This document shows positions 1 to 9,969 of a stretch of 47,475 nt of DNA, piece by piece. The position numbers and the translations under genes were made by a program. The stretch comes from Clostridia bacterium (lineage in GTDB: Bacteria; Bacillota; Clostridia; Christensenellales; CAMQZB01): NCBI GenBank assembly GCA_045579195.1, contig JAZNLR010000010.1, forward strand, positions 1-47,475, given 5' to 3'. The notes beneath the pieces are model-generated. The model ran no database searches. It was not told the DNA's origin and was given only the letters and a program-made list of their open reading frames with translations. Numbering within the stretch: the stretch's first letter is position 1; the number at the start of each line of letters is the position of its first letter.

Positions 1-680
1 GCGGTATCGCCCAGCATCGTTTCGGGGCGAGTCGTTGCAACGACGATGAACTCATCGCTGTCCTTAACGGGATAGCGAAGGTGCCAGAAATTGGACGCCT
101 GTTCAACGTACTCCACTTCCGCATCCGAAATTGCGGTTTTACACTCAGGGCACCAGTTGATGATGCGGTCGCCCTGATAGATCAAGCCCTTGTTATAGAG
201 GTTGACAAAGACTTCGACAACGGCACGGGAAACATTCTCGTCCATCGTGAACGCAAGCTTTGACCAGTCGCAAGACGTTCCGAGGTACTTCAGCTGATGC
301 ACGATGCGGTTGCCGTACTCCTCGCGCCACTTCCAAGCGCGCTCCAAGAAGCCCTCTCTGCCGACGTCCGCCTTCGTGATCCCCTCTGCAGCCATCTGCT
401 CGACGATCTTCACTTCGGTTGCAATGGAAGCGTGGTCCGTTCCGGGAAGCCAGAGAGCCTCAAAGCCCTTCATGCGCTTATATCGAATGATTGCGTCCTG
501 AACGGTGTCGTCCAGCGCGTGCCCCATGTGAAGCTGACCCGTGATGTTCGGCGGGGGCATAATGATGGTAAACGGCTTTTTATTCGGGTTGGGGTTTGCC
601 TCAAAATATCCTGCTTTTTCCCAACGCTCATAAATCTCCCGCTCAAATGATTGCGGGTTATATGACTTTTCGAGTTCCAT
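1..680 (-). CDS. valS: valine--tRNA ligase, N-terminal part (gene continues beyond window start)
   Basis: Absent from the ORF track because no stop lies in the window. Reverse translation from ATG at 680-678 gives [89 protein letters not shown]... This has the class-I HIGH motif (HMGH) and a ValRS-type N-terminus. GGAGG lies upstream of the ATG. Confidence 0.9.
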   Translation of the reverse strand, partial: MELEKSYNPQSFEREIYERWEKAGYFEANPNPNKKPFTIIMPPPNITGQLHMGHALDDTVQDAIIRYKRMKGFEALWLPGTDHASIATEVKIVEQMAAEGITKADVGREGFLERAWKWREEYGNRIVHQLKYLGTSCDWSKLAFTMDENVSRAVVEVFVNLYNKGLIYQGDRIINWCPECKTAISDAEVEYVEQASNFWHLRYPVKDSDEFIVVATTRPETMLGDT

Positions 681-715
681 AGTGAAAACTTCCTCCATAT
701 TGATTTCCGCTCATG

Positions 716-955
716 TCACGCCGTGAAGACAAATGCAACGGCGACCACCGCAAGTGCGATGAGTTTGATCACGAGAACGGTTGTGAAATGTCTTTTTTCT
801 TTCTGCTCGTCACGCGCTTCGGGATCAACCGTCTTCGGATTATATCCCACGATCTTCGAAGCGATGGGCGCCGCTGTCAACATTAAAACCAATGCCAAAA
901 CAGCCATTCCGAATGCGATTCCCGTTTGTGGCGAGAGTGAAATCAAGTATAACAT
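716..955 (-). CDS. small hypothetical membrane protein (79 aa, two hydrophobic segments)
   Basis: Internal ATG of the 716..1054 ORF, preceded by AGAGGGAGGAAAAGT. Product is MLYLISLSPQTGIAFGMAVLALVLMLTAAPIA...LIALAVVAVAFVFTA. It lies 35 nt upstream of valS. A TTACAA-16-TAAAAT promoter sits upstream. Confidence 0.5.
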   Translation of the reverse strand: MLYLISLSPQTGIAFGMAVLALVLMLTAAPIASKIVGYNPKTVDPEARDEQKEKRHFTTVLVIKLIALAVVAVAFVFTA

Positions 956-1129
956 ACTTTTCCTCCCTCTTCTCGTTTCAGGGTACTTCAAACATTTTAT
1001 CACATTTCTGTTCTCTTGTAAAATGTTTTTCCGTTCACACCAAAAAACACTCACGAATAAAATGATACCAAACGCCCGTTTTGCGCCATTTTAAGGCAGC
1101 AAAGCGGACAATTAACGGAGGAAAGACAC

Positions 1130-2134
1130 TTGAAAAAACTTTTGGCATTACTTCTTGCAGCGTTGCTTCCCGCGCTTTGCTTTGCGGGATGCAAAAAAGA
1201 CGATTCCATCACCACCATTCGCCTCAACGAGGTGACGCATTCCATCTTTTACGCCCCGCAGTATCTCGCGATGAGCTTGGGATACTTCGAGGAAGAAAAC
1301 ATCAAAATTGAGCTGACGAACGGCGGCGGCGCAGATGCTGTTATGACCGCACTCCTTTCGGGCAGCGCCGACATCGGGCTCATGGGCCCTGAAGCCGCGA
1401 TCTACGTTTACAACGAAGGCAAAAAGGATCACCCCGTCATCTTTGGGCAGATGACAAAGCGAGACGGTTCATTCCTCATCTCACGCGTTCCCGAGCCCGA
1501 TTTCAAGTGGAGTGATCTTGCGGGCAAGGAAGTTCTCGCTGGGCGCCGCGGTGGTGTTCCCGCCATGACCTTGCAGTACGTTCTCAATCAAAACGGTCTT
1601 TTTGACGGAGTAAACGTCACCATGAATTACGACGTTGCCTTCAACCTGATGGCAGGCGCTTTCGAGGGCGGCCAGGGAGATTACACCACCCTCTTCGAAC
1701 CTACAGCAAGCGATTTCGTTGCAGCAGGCAAGGGATACATCGTCGCAAGCGTCGGCGCAGATTCGGGCGAAGTCCCGTACACAGCGTACGCCGCGGCAAA
1801 AAGCTTTTTAGAAAAGAATCCGGACGTCATCAAAGCGTTCTTGCGTGCAGTTTACCGCGCGGTTGACTTTATGTTCAACGAACCTTCAGACGTCGTTGCG
1901 GAAAAGCTCCTTCCCCACTTCACGGGAACAGAAAAGGCATCCATCGTCGCAACGCTGGAAAATTACAAAAAGATTGACGCCTGGATGACAAAGATGTCCA
2001 TGACGAAAGACAGCTTTGACCGGCTTCAGACCATTATGGAAAACGCGGGCGAACTCGACAAACGGGCAAACTTTGACGCCCTCATCAACAACTCTTTTTC
2101 GGACGAAGTTTATAAAGAAGTCTTCGGAAAATAA
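1130..2134 (+). CDS. ABC transporter substrate-binding lipoprotein, NMT1/THI5-like (NitT/TauT family)
   Basis: TTG start 8 nt after GGAGG. Lipobox LPALCFAGC. The length and sequence resemble aliphatic sulfonate/nitrate/HMP-type SBPs. Confidence 0.75.
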   Translation: MKKLLALLLAALLPALCFAGCKKDDSITTIRLNEVTHSIFYAPQYLAMSLGYFEEENIKIELTNGGGADAVMTALLSGSADIGLMGPEAAIYVYNEGKKDHPVIFGQMTKRDGSFLISRVPEPDFKWSDLAGKEVLAGRRGGVPAMTLQYVLNQNGLFDGVNVTMNYDVAFNLMAGAFEGGQGDYTTLFEPTASDFVAAGKGYIVASVGADSGEVPYTAYAAAKSFLEKNPDVIKAFLRAVYRAVDFMFNEPSDVVAEKLLPHFTGTEKASIVATLENYKKIDAWMTKMSMTKDSFDRLQTIMENAGELDKRANFDALINNSFSDEVYKEVFGK

Positions 2135-2148
2135 TTCTCCTTCATTTT

Positions 2149-2186
2149 GCCATCCCGTCGTTATCACGGGATGGCTCTCTTTTTCT
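2149..2186 (+). terminator. intrinsic terminator after the SBP gene
   Basis: GCCATCCCG / CGGGATGGC 9-bp stem followed by a T-rich run. Confidence 0.75.
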
Positions 2187-2214
2187 AAAAAATGGGTTCC
2201 TCTTTCTTTCCCTC

Positions 2215-2243
2215 TTGCAAAAGTCTTCTTTCGGTGCTATAAT
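2215..2243 (+). promoter_or_regulatory. sigma-A promoter of the esterase gene
   Basis: TTGCAA (2215-2220), 17-nt spacer, TGcTATAAT extended -10 (TATAAT at 2238-2243). Confidence 0.65.
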
Positions 2244-2278
2244 AAATAAAATAACTTTTCACGTTTAGGAGATTTGCA

Positions 2279-3793
2279 ATGAAAAAGATTTTAAGTCTTG
2301 CTCTCTGCCTTATTTTGCTTCTCAGCCTGTTTACCGGTTGCGGAGACGGCGGAACAACGCCTCCAAAGAAAGAACTCACCGTTGACACCACGAACATTGG
2401 GTTCGTCAATAAAACCGCAACGTTTGACATTGACGTCAACGTCGAGGAAAATGAAAAGACCATTGTTCCGCACGCACTGTTCTCAGATGGCGTTTGCCTG
2501 CAGCGCATGGCAGTTTTGCGCGTTCACGGAGAAACGAAGGATGACAACATCGCGCTTGAATTGAATGGAACGATTTACTACGGAACGGTTGCGGACGGAA
2601 AATTTGAAATCTACGTCGAGCCGCAGGATGCCGGCGGCCCTTACACGATGACTCTCTTCTCCGACACCGCAAAGCGCACCGTTGAAAACGTCTATATCGG
2701 CGAAGTTTTCATCTGCAGCGGACAGTCCAACATGGCATTTGAACCGCGCTGGTGCTCCCCGCATCACGATGAGGACATCGCCAATGCAAACTTTGATGAG
2801 ATTCGCCTCGTCAACATCCCGAGAACGACTCCTTCCCTTCCGATGGAAAACTTTGACTCCCTGACATGGACGGGTGCAAACCCCTCCTCTGTCAATACTT
2901 TTTCTGCCGTTGGATACCTCTTCGGAAGAGAAATCTATGAAACGCTCAACGTTCCCGTCGGGCTTATTCACGCGGCTTGGGGCGGTTCGATCGCGGCATT
3001 CTGGATGCCCGTTGAGTACTACGATCCTCTTTCGCAGGAAATCAAAATTCAGCTGAGCAACGATGAAACCCATCGACCTTTTGTTGGTTATAACGGAATG
3101 ATCGCTCCTTTGCAAGACTTCCGCACTCGTGGCGTCGTTTGGTACCAGGGAGAATCCAATGCAAACAATACGGCAAAAACTTACGACCGCGAAATGGAGA
3201 CTCTCATTCAATCCTGGCGCGAGACCATGGGGAATATGAATCTCGGCTTTACCATCATCGAGCTTCCGCGTTATTCAAGCAGTCCTTATCGCTGGGCAGA
3301 GATTCGCGAAAAACAGCAACTCATTGCGGCAAACGACCCGTTGGTCTGCATGAGCGTCGCAATTGACCTTGGCGACTGGGCTGACATTCACCCAAGAGAT
3401 AAATCTGTGATTTCAAGACGTGCCGCAGAAGAGACGTTGAAGACCTTCTTCTTCATCGACCAGAATCCTTATCCTACCGTCAAATCCATTAAGCGCATTT
3501 CGAAGACGCAAGTGAAGATCATCTTTGAAGGCGTTGGTGACGGAATTGAAGTCAAGAACTTTGCAAACGGTTTTGAAACCTCGCCCGATGAAGATTCGTT
3601 TGAGCCCATCGTTTCCTTTGAGTACGATTCCAACTCCATCACGATCACTTCGGAAAAGAACATCGGTTACGTTCGTTACGGTTACCGCTGCATGTACAAA
3701 AACGTTGACTACACAAATGACGTTTCCACTCAGGTTTCCGTCTGGAATTCGTACGGCAATCCTCTCGATCAGTTCTTCCTGAAAGTTTCCTAA
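2279..3793 (+). CDS. sialate/carbohydrate O-acetylesterase (SASA/DUF303, SGNH-like) lipoprotein
   Basis: AGGAG RBS. Lipobox LFTGCGD. Motifs CSGQSNM (nucleophile Ser), AAWGGS, WYQGESN and DIHPRDK are typical of 9-O-acetylesterase-like proteins. Confidence 0.8.
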   Translation: MKKILSLALCLILLLSLFTGCGDGGTTPPKKELTVDTTNIGFVNKTATFDIDVNVEENEKTIVPHALFSDGVCLQRMAVLRVHGETKDDNIALELNGTIYYGTVADGKFEIYVEPQDAGGPYTMTLFSDTAKRTVENVYIGEVFICSGQSNMAFEPRWCSPHHDEDIANANFDEIRLVNIPRTTPSLPMENFDSLTWTGANPSSVNTFSAVGYLFGREIYETLNVPVGLIHAAWGGSIAAFWMPVEYYDPLSQEIKIQLSNDETHRPFVGYNGMIAPLQDFRTRGVVWYQGESNANNTAKTYDREMETLIQSWRETMGNMNLGFTIIELPRYSSSPYRWAEIREKQQLIAANDPLVCMSVAIDLGDWADIHPRDKSVISRRAAEETLKTFFFIDQNPYPTVKSIKRISKTQVKIIFEGVGDGIEVKNFANGFETSPDEDSFEPIVSFEYDSNSITITSEKNIGYVRYGYRCMYKNVDYTNDVSTQVSVWNSYGNPLDQFFLKVS

Positions 3794-3817
3794 AAAAATA
3801 GCAAATCAAAACGGCAA

Positions 3818-3850
3818 ACGGAGTGTCAAAAACGGCACTCCGTTTTTTTT
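3818..3850 (+). terminator. intrinsic terminator after the esterase gene
   Basis: ACGGAGTG...CACTCCGT stem followed by T8. Confidence 0.8.
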
Positions 3851-3937
3851 GAATGCACCAAAGTTTTTTGAGAAAAGTATAATGAATTATACACGCTTTG
3901 TGTACGACAAACACTCGAAAAACCAAGGAGCATAAAC

Positions 3938-4708
3938 ATGCGAGAGATACTGCGTTTTGATGACGTTTCTTTGAAATACCACACGAAAGAGGGAGAAACG
4001 AGCGCCATCGAGCATTTGAGTTTTTCCATCCACGAGGGCGAGTTCGTCGCATACGTTGGACCGTCAGGATGCGGAAAAACCACATTGCTTTCGATGATTG
4101 CAGGGCTCTTAAAACCCACTCACGGAACCATTTCCCTGCTCGGTCAACCCCTCGAAAAGCCCTCGACCGACATTGGATATATGTTGCAACGCGATCAACT
4201 CTTCGAATGGAGAACCATCGAAAAGAACGTTCTTCTCGGGCTGGAGCTAAAAAAAGACAAGAGCGAAAAATCACGTGCATACGTCACCCGCCTTTTGCGG
4301 GATTACGGGCTTTCAGAATTCACCAAACATTACCCACGGCAGCTTTCGGGTGGAATGCGACAGCGCGTTGCTCTCATCCGAACGCTTGCACCTGACCCAA
4401 AGATCCTCCTTCTGGACGAACCCTTTTCCGCGCTTGATTACCAGACGCGCCTGAACGTCTGTGAAGACGTTTTTCGTATCATCAAGCAGGAGAAGAAAAC
4501 GGCAATTTTGGTCACACACGACATTTCGGAAGCAATTTCGATGAGTGATCGAGTCATTGTTCTCTCTAAGCGCCCGGCTCATGTCCAAAGCGTCCATGCG
4601 ACTAAAATCGAAGGACTGACACCACTTCAGCGCCGCGAAACGGCGGAATTTCCCAAGCACTTTGAACGCATCTGGAAGGAGTTGAATGAAAATGAAACAC
4701 ACGCTTAA
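3938..4708 (+). CDS. ABC transporter ATP-binding protein (NitT/TauT family)
   Basis: Walker A GPSGCGKTT, signature LSGGMRQRV, Walker B LLLDEPFSALD. AAGGAG RBS. Confidence 0.9.
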   Translation: MREILRFDDVSLKYHTKEGETSAIEHLSFSIHEGEFVAYVGPSGCGKTTLLSMIAGLLKPTHGTISLLGQPLEKPSTDIGYMLQRDQLFEWRTIEKNVLLGLELKKDKSEKSRAYVTRLLRDYGLSEFTKHYPRQLSGGMRQRVALIRTLAPDPKILLLDEPFSALDYQTRLNVCEDVFRIIKQEKKTAILVTHDISEAISMSDRVIVLSKRPAHVQSVHATKIEGLTPLQRRETAEFPKHFERIWKELNENETHA

Positions 4709-5492
4709 CTGTTCGATAGAACATCTGATTTTTTTGAAACGCGAAAGACAAAGACGAACGCTCGTCCTTCTTCTCCGCTTCGGGCTTCTCTTTTGCTTCC
4801 TTGCTCTTTGGGAATTCCTTGCCGTGATCGGCGCGATCGACACGTTTATTATGAGCAGCCCTTCCCGCATCGCAACGACCCTCGTTTCGATGTTTCAACA
4901 AGACCTTCTTTATCACATTTTTGTGACACTTTATGAAACGGTTGCCGGTTTTCTGATTGCGACTGTTGTCGGAAGCGGTGTTGCCGTTCTCCTCTGGTGG
5001 TCTGCAACCCTTCGGGACGTCACAGAGCCATATCTCATTGTCTTAAACAGTCTTCCGAAGATCGCGCTTGGCCCGATTATCATCATCTGGTGCGGCGCAG
5101 GAACGTCCGCCATCATCTTTATGGCCGTCCTCATCTCGGTCATCATCACGGTGATGAGCATGTTAAACGCGTTCCTCTCTGTGGAAGAAGAAAAGATCCT
5201 CTTGCTCCGCTCGATGGGCGCAAACAAGCGAATCATTCTTCAAAAACTCATTCTGCCGGCCTCCATTCCTGCGTTTATGAGCGTTCTCAAAATCAACGTC
5301 GGAATGGCTTGGGTCGGAAGCATTATGGGAGAATACCTTGTTTCCAAAGCCGGCCTTGGATACCTCATCGTGTACGGAGGAACGGTGTTCAAACTCGACC
5401 TTGTGATGTCAGCGACCGTCGTTCTCTGCGTTCTCGCGGGGCTGATGTACTTCCTGGTTTCTTTCGCAGAAAAGAAAGTGTGCAAAAAATAG
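4686..5492 (+). CDS. ABC transporter permease (NitT/TauT family)
   Basis: Overlaps the ATPase stop by 23 nt. Multi-pass hydrophobic protein with a BPD-type permease core (LPKIALGPIIIIW...). ATG 4692 is an alternative start. Confidence 0.8.
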   Translation: MKMKHTLNCSIEHLIFLKRERQRRTLVLLLRFGLLFCFLALWEFLAVIGAIDTFIMSSPSRIATTLVSMFQQDLLYHIFVTLYETVAGFLIATVVGSGVAVLLWWSATLRDVTEPYLIVLNSLPKIALGPIIIIWCGAGTSAIIFMAVLISVIITVMSMLNAFLSVEEEKILLLRSMGANKRIILQKLILPASIPAFMSVLKINVGMAWVGSIMGEYLVSKAGLGYLIVYGGTVFKLDLVMSATVVLCVLAGLMYFLVSFAEKKVCKK

Positions 5493-5518
5493 AACGGTGC
5501 ACACAAACGTGTGCACCG
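5484..5518 (-). terminator. intrinsic terminator of the YkvI-like gene (hairpin shared with the permease 3' end)
   Basis: Perfect 10-bp stem CGGTGCACAC/GTGTGCACCG (5495-5504/5509-5518) with loop AAAC. The U-tract is present only on the minus strand. Confidence 0.7.
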
Positions 5519-5519
5519 C

Positions 5520-6566
5520 TCATTGCCGAACCGGTTCTCTTTTTCTTTCCCCAAAGAGGCAAGCATATGCCTGTACCATCAGGATGATCCCAAAGATGCT
5601 CATCAGAGGATAAAACACCTCAACGAGGACTGAAAAGCCCAACGTGCTGAGAAGAACGCTTGCGATCGTCACGGTGGCAAACGCCCAACCTTCCCCCATC
5701 GACAAAGAAAGCTTGACAACGGGTGGATACGCAACCGACAACAGCGTTGTAAAAATTCCGCACCAGATCACACCAACGCATAAGGCTGTGCTCACCTTAC
5801 CAAAGCGTGCTGCAAGGGCAAGGATGGGCATCACGCTCTCTTCCGCATCTTCTCCAATGAAGGAGATCGCAAGCAGAAATACAGCAACAACGCTTGCAAT
5901 GAGAACACTCCCGATCGCAGATGCTTTTTTTGCCTCTTTTCTCGAAAGTTCGCGTCCCAAATCCGTCAAAACGACAAAGGCAAGAAGAACGTTCATCGCA
6001 ACGTACAGTGCAGCAGATGAAACGGAAGGTAAAACGGAAAGTCTCTCCACCTCAAAGCTTCCCTCGCCTCGGGCCAAGCTCGCGACAGACAACAAAACGA
6101 GAAGTCCAATCATTGCGGGAACGATGACGGTGTTTGCCGAAACCATTCCCTTCAGCCCTCGCTTTAAGACAACGAACGCAACGGTCAGTGTCAAAACACT
6201 CGCGATCGGAACATTCGGAAATGAAAAGGCAGAAACGAACAACGCGTCCGTTCCTGCAAGCATCGCGGAGAGGACAAGAAAACAGCTCACCAGAAAAAAG
6301 GCTTCAAACAGACTTCCGCCTCGCCCAAAGAGCCTCTTCCAAAGATCGTGTGCCGATCTCGCCGCAAAGAACTCTCCCAATCGGAACAGTAAATTTGAGG
6401 CGAGGAAGAAAAACAGCCCGACTAAGACGGAAACGATGGGAACGGCAATCGGGTTTGTCCCGAAAAACGTGACGAGCTCTTTCCCGGACGCAAATCCTGC
6501 ACCGATCATACTTCCCGTCATCAAAAGGCCGCTCCGCAGACCGTTTGAACCCTTTTTCCCCGTCAT
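5520..6566 (-). CDS. YkvI-family membrane protein (putative transporter)
   Basis: GGAGGTG RBS. N-terminal motif GSMIGAGFASGKELVTFFG and about 10 hydrophobic segments. Confidence 0.6.
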   Translation of the reverse strand: MTGKKGSNGLRSGLLMTGSMIGAGFASGKELVTFFGTNPIAVPIVSVLVGLFFFLASNLLFRLGEFFAARSAHDLWKRLFGRGGSLFEAFFLVSCFLVLSAMLAGTDALFVSAFSFPNVPIASVLTLTVAFVVLKRGLKGMVSANTVIVPAMIGLLVLLSVASLARGEGSFEVERLSVLPSVSSAALYVAMNVLLAFVVLTDLGRELSRKEAKKASAIGSVLIASVVAVFLLAISFIGEDAEESVMPILALAARFGKVSTALCVGVIWCGIFTTLLSVAYPPVVKLSLSMGEGWAFATVTIASVLLSTLGFSVLVEVFYPLMSIFGIILMVQAYACLFGERKREPVRQ

Positions 6567-6615
6567 CTTGCACCTCCGCTTGGGAATAGCATATGCACTT
6601 TTTCTAAAATTATTG

Positions 6616-6647
6616 CAAAAAAAAGAACCCGCGTGCGGGTTCTTTTT
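6616..6647. terminator. bidirectional intrinsic terminator (ends the 11265->6662 operon)
   Basis: GAACCCG cgtg CGGGTTC stem flanked by A8 and T5. Confidence 0.8.
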
Positions 6648-6661
6648 GAAATCAGGTTTAT

Positions 6662-7483
6662 TTACTGCATCACGTGTTGCATCGCGAGATAGTCTTCATC
6701 GTGAGAAAAGTCCTTTTCGATAAGGACGGTTCCCCCAAGCTCTTCGATCGCATTTTTCAATTCGGTAAACTCCACGTAATTGATCTCTTCCGACTCGATC
6801 TTTTCGCGTAAGAACGGCAATGCGCGCTCGTCGCCATACTTTCCGAAGTATGCGGCGGTGAGAGCCACGTCATCTGCCGCCTGGAACGCGCTTAAGATGC
6901 GCGTGAAGATGCGGTCATCTCCCTTGCTGTTGACGAGAATGTTCAAAAATGCCGCCTGCACGTCTCCGTTCGTCTTGTCGTAAACACTCAGGATCTTTTC
7001 CTTGACGAGGTCACTGTAATTTCCCAGGATCTCGGTTGCAAGCTCAAGGTAATTTGCACCCATCTTGCCGGAAATGAGATCGTCAACGTACTTTTCGAGG
7101 GGCAAGGAGGATTGCAACTCGTTGAGAAGATTTGCAGCCATCATCACGACCTCTTCACTTCTTGACGAACAAAGGAGCTGATAAAGGGGCTGTTCGCATT
7201 CCTTTCTGTCCACAATGGCATCAAAGTGCACGTCGGACACGGGAATGCCGCGGTCAATATATTCCTGCAAGGCATTCACAAGCTCTTCTGCAGAGGTAAC
7301 TTCCGCAAAGAACTCACGAGGACTCTTTCCGTTCAGTTCAGGAAGCTTTGCGTCGCAAAACGTCTCATAAACCTCGGGCATCTTGTTTTCCATCTCCTCA
7401 TAGTCCTTAAAGCTGTCTTTGTTGCGCTTATACCAAGCGGAAAGATAACGCTCAAACAAGGTGTCAAAATTGATAACTTTCAT
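6662..7483 (-). CDS. hypothetical protein, helical-repeat (HEAT-like) appearance
   Basis: Start MKVINFD. Its ATG overlaps the upstream stop (ATGA at 7480-7483), and GGAGAGAAG is the RBS. No catalytic motif recognised. The segment GDERALPFLREKI resembles a HEAT/PBS-lyase repeat. Confidence 0.5.
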   Translation of the reverse strand: MKVINFDTLFERYLSAWYKRNKDSFKDYEEMENKMPEVYETFCDAKLPELNGKSPREFFAEVTSAEELVNALQEYIDRGIPVSDVHFDAIVDRKECEQPLYQLLCSSRSEEVVMMAANLLNELQSSLPLEKYVDDLISGKMGANYLELATEILGNYSDLVKEKILSVYDKTNGDVQAAFLNILVNSKGDDRIFTRILSAFQAADDVALTAAYFGKYGDERALPFLREKIESEEINYVEFTELKNAIEELGGTVLIEKDFSHDEDYLAMQHVMQ

Positions 7484-9189
7484 TCTCTTTCTTCTCTCCA
7501 TTCTTTTTCTTCTTGTGTTGACAATTCAACCCAATGGTCGACAAGACCCAATGCGGTGACGTACGTTTTCATATCCTGCACGTCATCCGGATAGTAAGTT
7601 TCGGCAAGTTCCGTTGAGCCCCAACAAAAGGAGACCAACATTGCTGCCAACGCTTCTTCATTTGTAAATGTCTGACCCGAAGCTTTCACCGCATTCTTGA
7701 TGATTTCAAACTCACGGAAGAAGATCTTGTCAAACTTCTCCATCTCCAAAGTGCAAACAGCGTATGCCGAGGCATAGACATCCTTCATCACCGCATCTGC
7801 ACTCTCAAACGCACGAGAATGGCGAATGCGGAAGCGTGAAAAGAAGTATCCCTCGAGAACCGAAACCGTGTCAAAGAGAGAAAAGCGCACGACGCATTTT
7901 AATGCAAAGCGCTTAAACTCCATTCCATACATCCCCGACAGCAACACAGCCCTCAAAATGCGCTTGGAAAAAGTGCTTTTTAAGGATGCAATAAACGAAA
8001 GCACATCCTCTTGCAGCTTCGGATCCCGTATACTGAGCGCCCATTCGAGAAGCTCCTCATCCTCTGACTTCATCTCCTCTGCGGAAAGGAGCAAAACCTG
8101 TTCCAACCTTCTCAACCGACGGACGACCTCAGGCATCGGAACCTGAAAAACGTATGGATAAGAAACCTCCTGCGGATTTTCCTTTAAGATTGCCATTTCA
8201 CGCACATAAAAACGGGCAATACTGTCATGCGGAAAAAGCTCGGCAATCTTCAAAAAGACCATCCTCGCCTCCTCAAAGCGTCTGAGGTTTGCGAGCGTGA
8301 TCGCCAGCATAAACGCAATCTCGATTTGGTATGGCTGCTCGCTTGCAACACTCTGCAAGAGAGGCAAAGCCTTGTCAAACTGTTTCGCATCACAAAAAGC
8401 CGCCGCCACCCGCATTTTCATCACGGGATTCTTTGCATCCACGGAAGACAAAGCTTCCGTAACGGCTTTTCGTTCCTCCTCTTTCGCAAGAGAAAGTTTA
8501 TAGCTCAACGCAACGATATTTTCGGGGTCACGCTCCAAAATCCGATCACAACACGAAATGACTTCTTTGTTCTCCCCCATCAGCGCATGACAGAGAGCTT
8601 TTTCTTCCAAGATTTTGACATTTTCGCCATCTTCTTGCAAGCTTTTTTCAATGCATTCTTTCGCCTCGCGCGTTTTTCCCGCGCGCATAAAATCCCGCGC
8701 CGCATCGATCGCCGCATCGCTTCCGGCATCTTTTTCGTATACCACGCGGTAAGAATTCATCTCCTCCGCGTTATAAAGATCCTCAATGTCATCAAACTTA
8801 TAAAGCTGTTCCTCGCTGTTTGCATTGTGCTCGCAAAAGCGATTGAGATGATAAAACGCAGCTGTGTGATCGCCAAGGCAAAGATAGTTTTTCGCAACGT
8901 AATAATAGCAGTCGTTCTCGGCAGGGTTTCTGTCCAGCGCCATAAACAGCAGATCATTCGCCGCGTGAAACAGGCCATAAGAAACGTCTCCCAAAAGATG
9001 GGTCGAATTGGAAAGCCCCATCACGGAATAGACGTTGGCAATTGCCATTAGGACGTCTGACTTTTCCTCATAGTTCGCAATGCGACGAAGCGCCTTGACT
9101 GCATCAATATATTTTTTCTGTTTGATCAGCTCTTTCGCGCGCTGTTTGTGAAACGCATCCGGCCGTTCAAATTGAATGACGTTTTCCAT
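7480..9189 (-). CDS. TPR-repeat protein (about 569 aa)
   Basis: Repeated A/Y/L-rich 34-residue helical units in the N-terminal about 350 aa. The C-terminal about 220 aa has no recognised domain. I preferred the start at M23 of the track ORF (ATG 9189, 16 nt after the methyltransferase stop). The 9255 start would overlap the upstream gene by 50 nt. Confidence 0.6.
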   Translation of the reverse strand: MENVIQFERPDAFHKQRAKELIKQKKYIDAVKALRRIANYEEKSDVLMAIANVYSVMGLSNSTHLLGDVSYGLFHAANDLLFMALDRNPAENDCYYYVAKNYLCLGDHTAAFYHLNRFCEHNANSEEQLYKFDDIEDLYNAEEMNSYRVVYEKDAGSDAAIDAARDFMRAGKTREAKECIEKSLQEDGENVKILEEKALCHALMGENKEVISCCDRILERDPENIVALSYKLSLAKEEERKAVTEALSSVDAKNPVMKMRVAAAFCDAKQFDKALPLLQSVASEQPYQIEIAFMLAITLANLRRFEEARMVFLKIAELFPHDSIARFYVREMAILKENPQEVSYPYVFQVPMPEVVRRLRRLEQVLLLSAEEMKSEDEELLEWALSIRDPKLQEDVLSFIASLKSTFSKRILRAVLLSGMYGMEFKRFALKCVVRFSLFDTVSVLEGYFFSRFRIRHSRAFESADAVMKDVYASAYAVCTLEMEKFDKIFFREFEIIKNAVKASGQTFTNEEALAAMLVSFCWGSTELAETYYPDDVQDMKTYVTALGLVDHWVELSTQEEKEWREERE

Positions 9190-9205
9190 ATCAAAATGAT
9201 TCCCT

Positions 9206-9955
9206 TTACAGCGAAAGCTTTTTCCCTTTTCGCGCAAAGAATTGTATTCTTTCACTCGTCTTCTTTGTCGGTTTCAATGTCAAAAACTCGGAAGCGAGAA
9301 CGTCGGCAAAGCCAACTTTGTTGAGTGCGTTTAAAATTTCAGTTTCTCCGTGAAGAAACTGCTCGTGCATTTCGTCAAACCTGCGGTACTTTTCACCTTC
9401 GCGAACAAAGAAAGAAAGATCCATCTTCACCGACGTTCCATCACACTCGTTCTGCCAAAAGTATGTCACTTCTTCCCCGTCGTCATAAAAGAGATTGTCC
9501 CCCAAGACGGTTTTAAGCTTATAGGAAGATGAAATATCAAAGGCAAACAGACCGCCTTCGTCAAGCGCATCGAAAACGCGTGCAAACACGCCGGGCAGAT
9601 CTGAACTTGGAATATAGTTCAACCCATCACAAACACACGTGACGAACGCAACATTCTTCGGAAAATCAAACGTTCTGAAATCCGCTTCCGAAAAGAGGAT
9701 GCGAACACCGTTTTTGCGCGCCTTTTCCTGCGCGATGCGGAGCATCTCTTCAGAGAGATCGGTTCCGATCATCTCATATCCCGCACGTGCCAAAGGAACG
9801 GTCACGTTTCCGCTTCCGCAAGCGAGATCCACACCGCGCGCTCCGCGTTCCACGTTCTTTGCAAGAACGGATAATAAATACTGCGACCATTGTTCATAGT
9901 CGCAGTCGTACATCAGCGCATCATAAAATTTTGCAAACTGATCGTAAGAAGACAT
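9206..9955 (-). CDS. class I SAM-dependent methyltransferase
   Basis: GGAGGAAAG RBS. Motif I VDLACGSGNVT, followed by an acidic post-I residue (GTDLSEEM). Confidence 0.8.
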   Translation of the reverse strand: MSSYDQFAKFYDALMYDCDYEQWSQYLLSVLAKNVERGARGVDLACGSGNVTVPLARAGYEMIGTDLSEEMLRIAQEKARKNGVRILFSEADFRTFDFPKNVAFVTCVCDGLNYIPSSDLPGVFARVFDALDEGGLFAFDISSSYKLKTVLGDNLFYDDGEEVTYFWQNECDGTSVKMDLSFFVREGEKYRRFDEMHEQFLHGETEILNALNKVGFADVLASEFLTLKPTKKTSERIQFFARKGKKLSL

Positions 9956-9969
9956 TCTTTCCTCCGCTC

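Noticed and set aside
956-1129. A possible TPP riboswitch upstream of the THI5-like SBP, or a T-box leader upstream of valS.
   Set aside because: No CTGAGA / ACCTGATCTGGATAATGCCAGCG-type TPP core is present. No T-box (AGGGTGGTACCGCG-like) sequence occurs on either strand. Only ordinary promoter elements are visible.
5644-6723. A 359-aa + strand ORF opposite the YkvI-like gene. Similar antisense ORFs occur at 9787-10749, 31930-33147, 35770-36726, 37966-38817 and 41992-42738.
   Set aside because: All are mirror frames of well-supported minus-strand genes. Their compositions (Arg/Ser/Thr/His-rich) are unlike real proteins, and they lack start-site signals.
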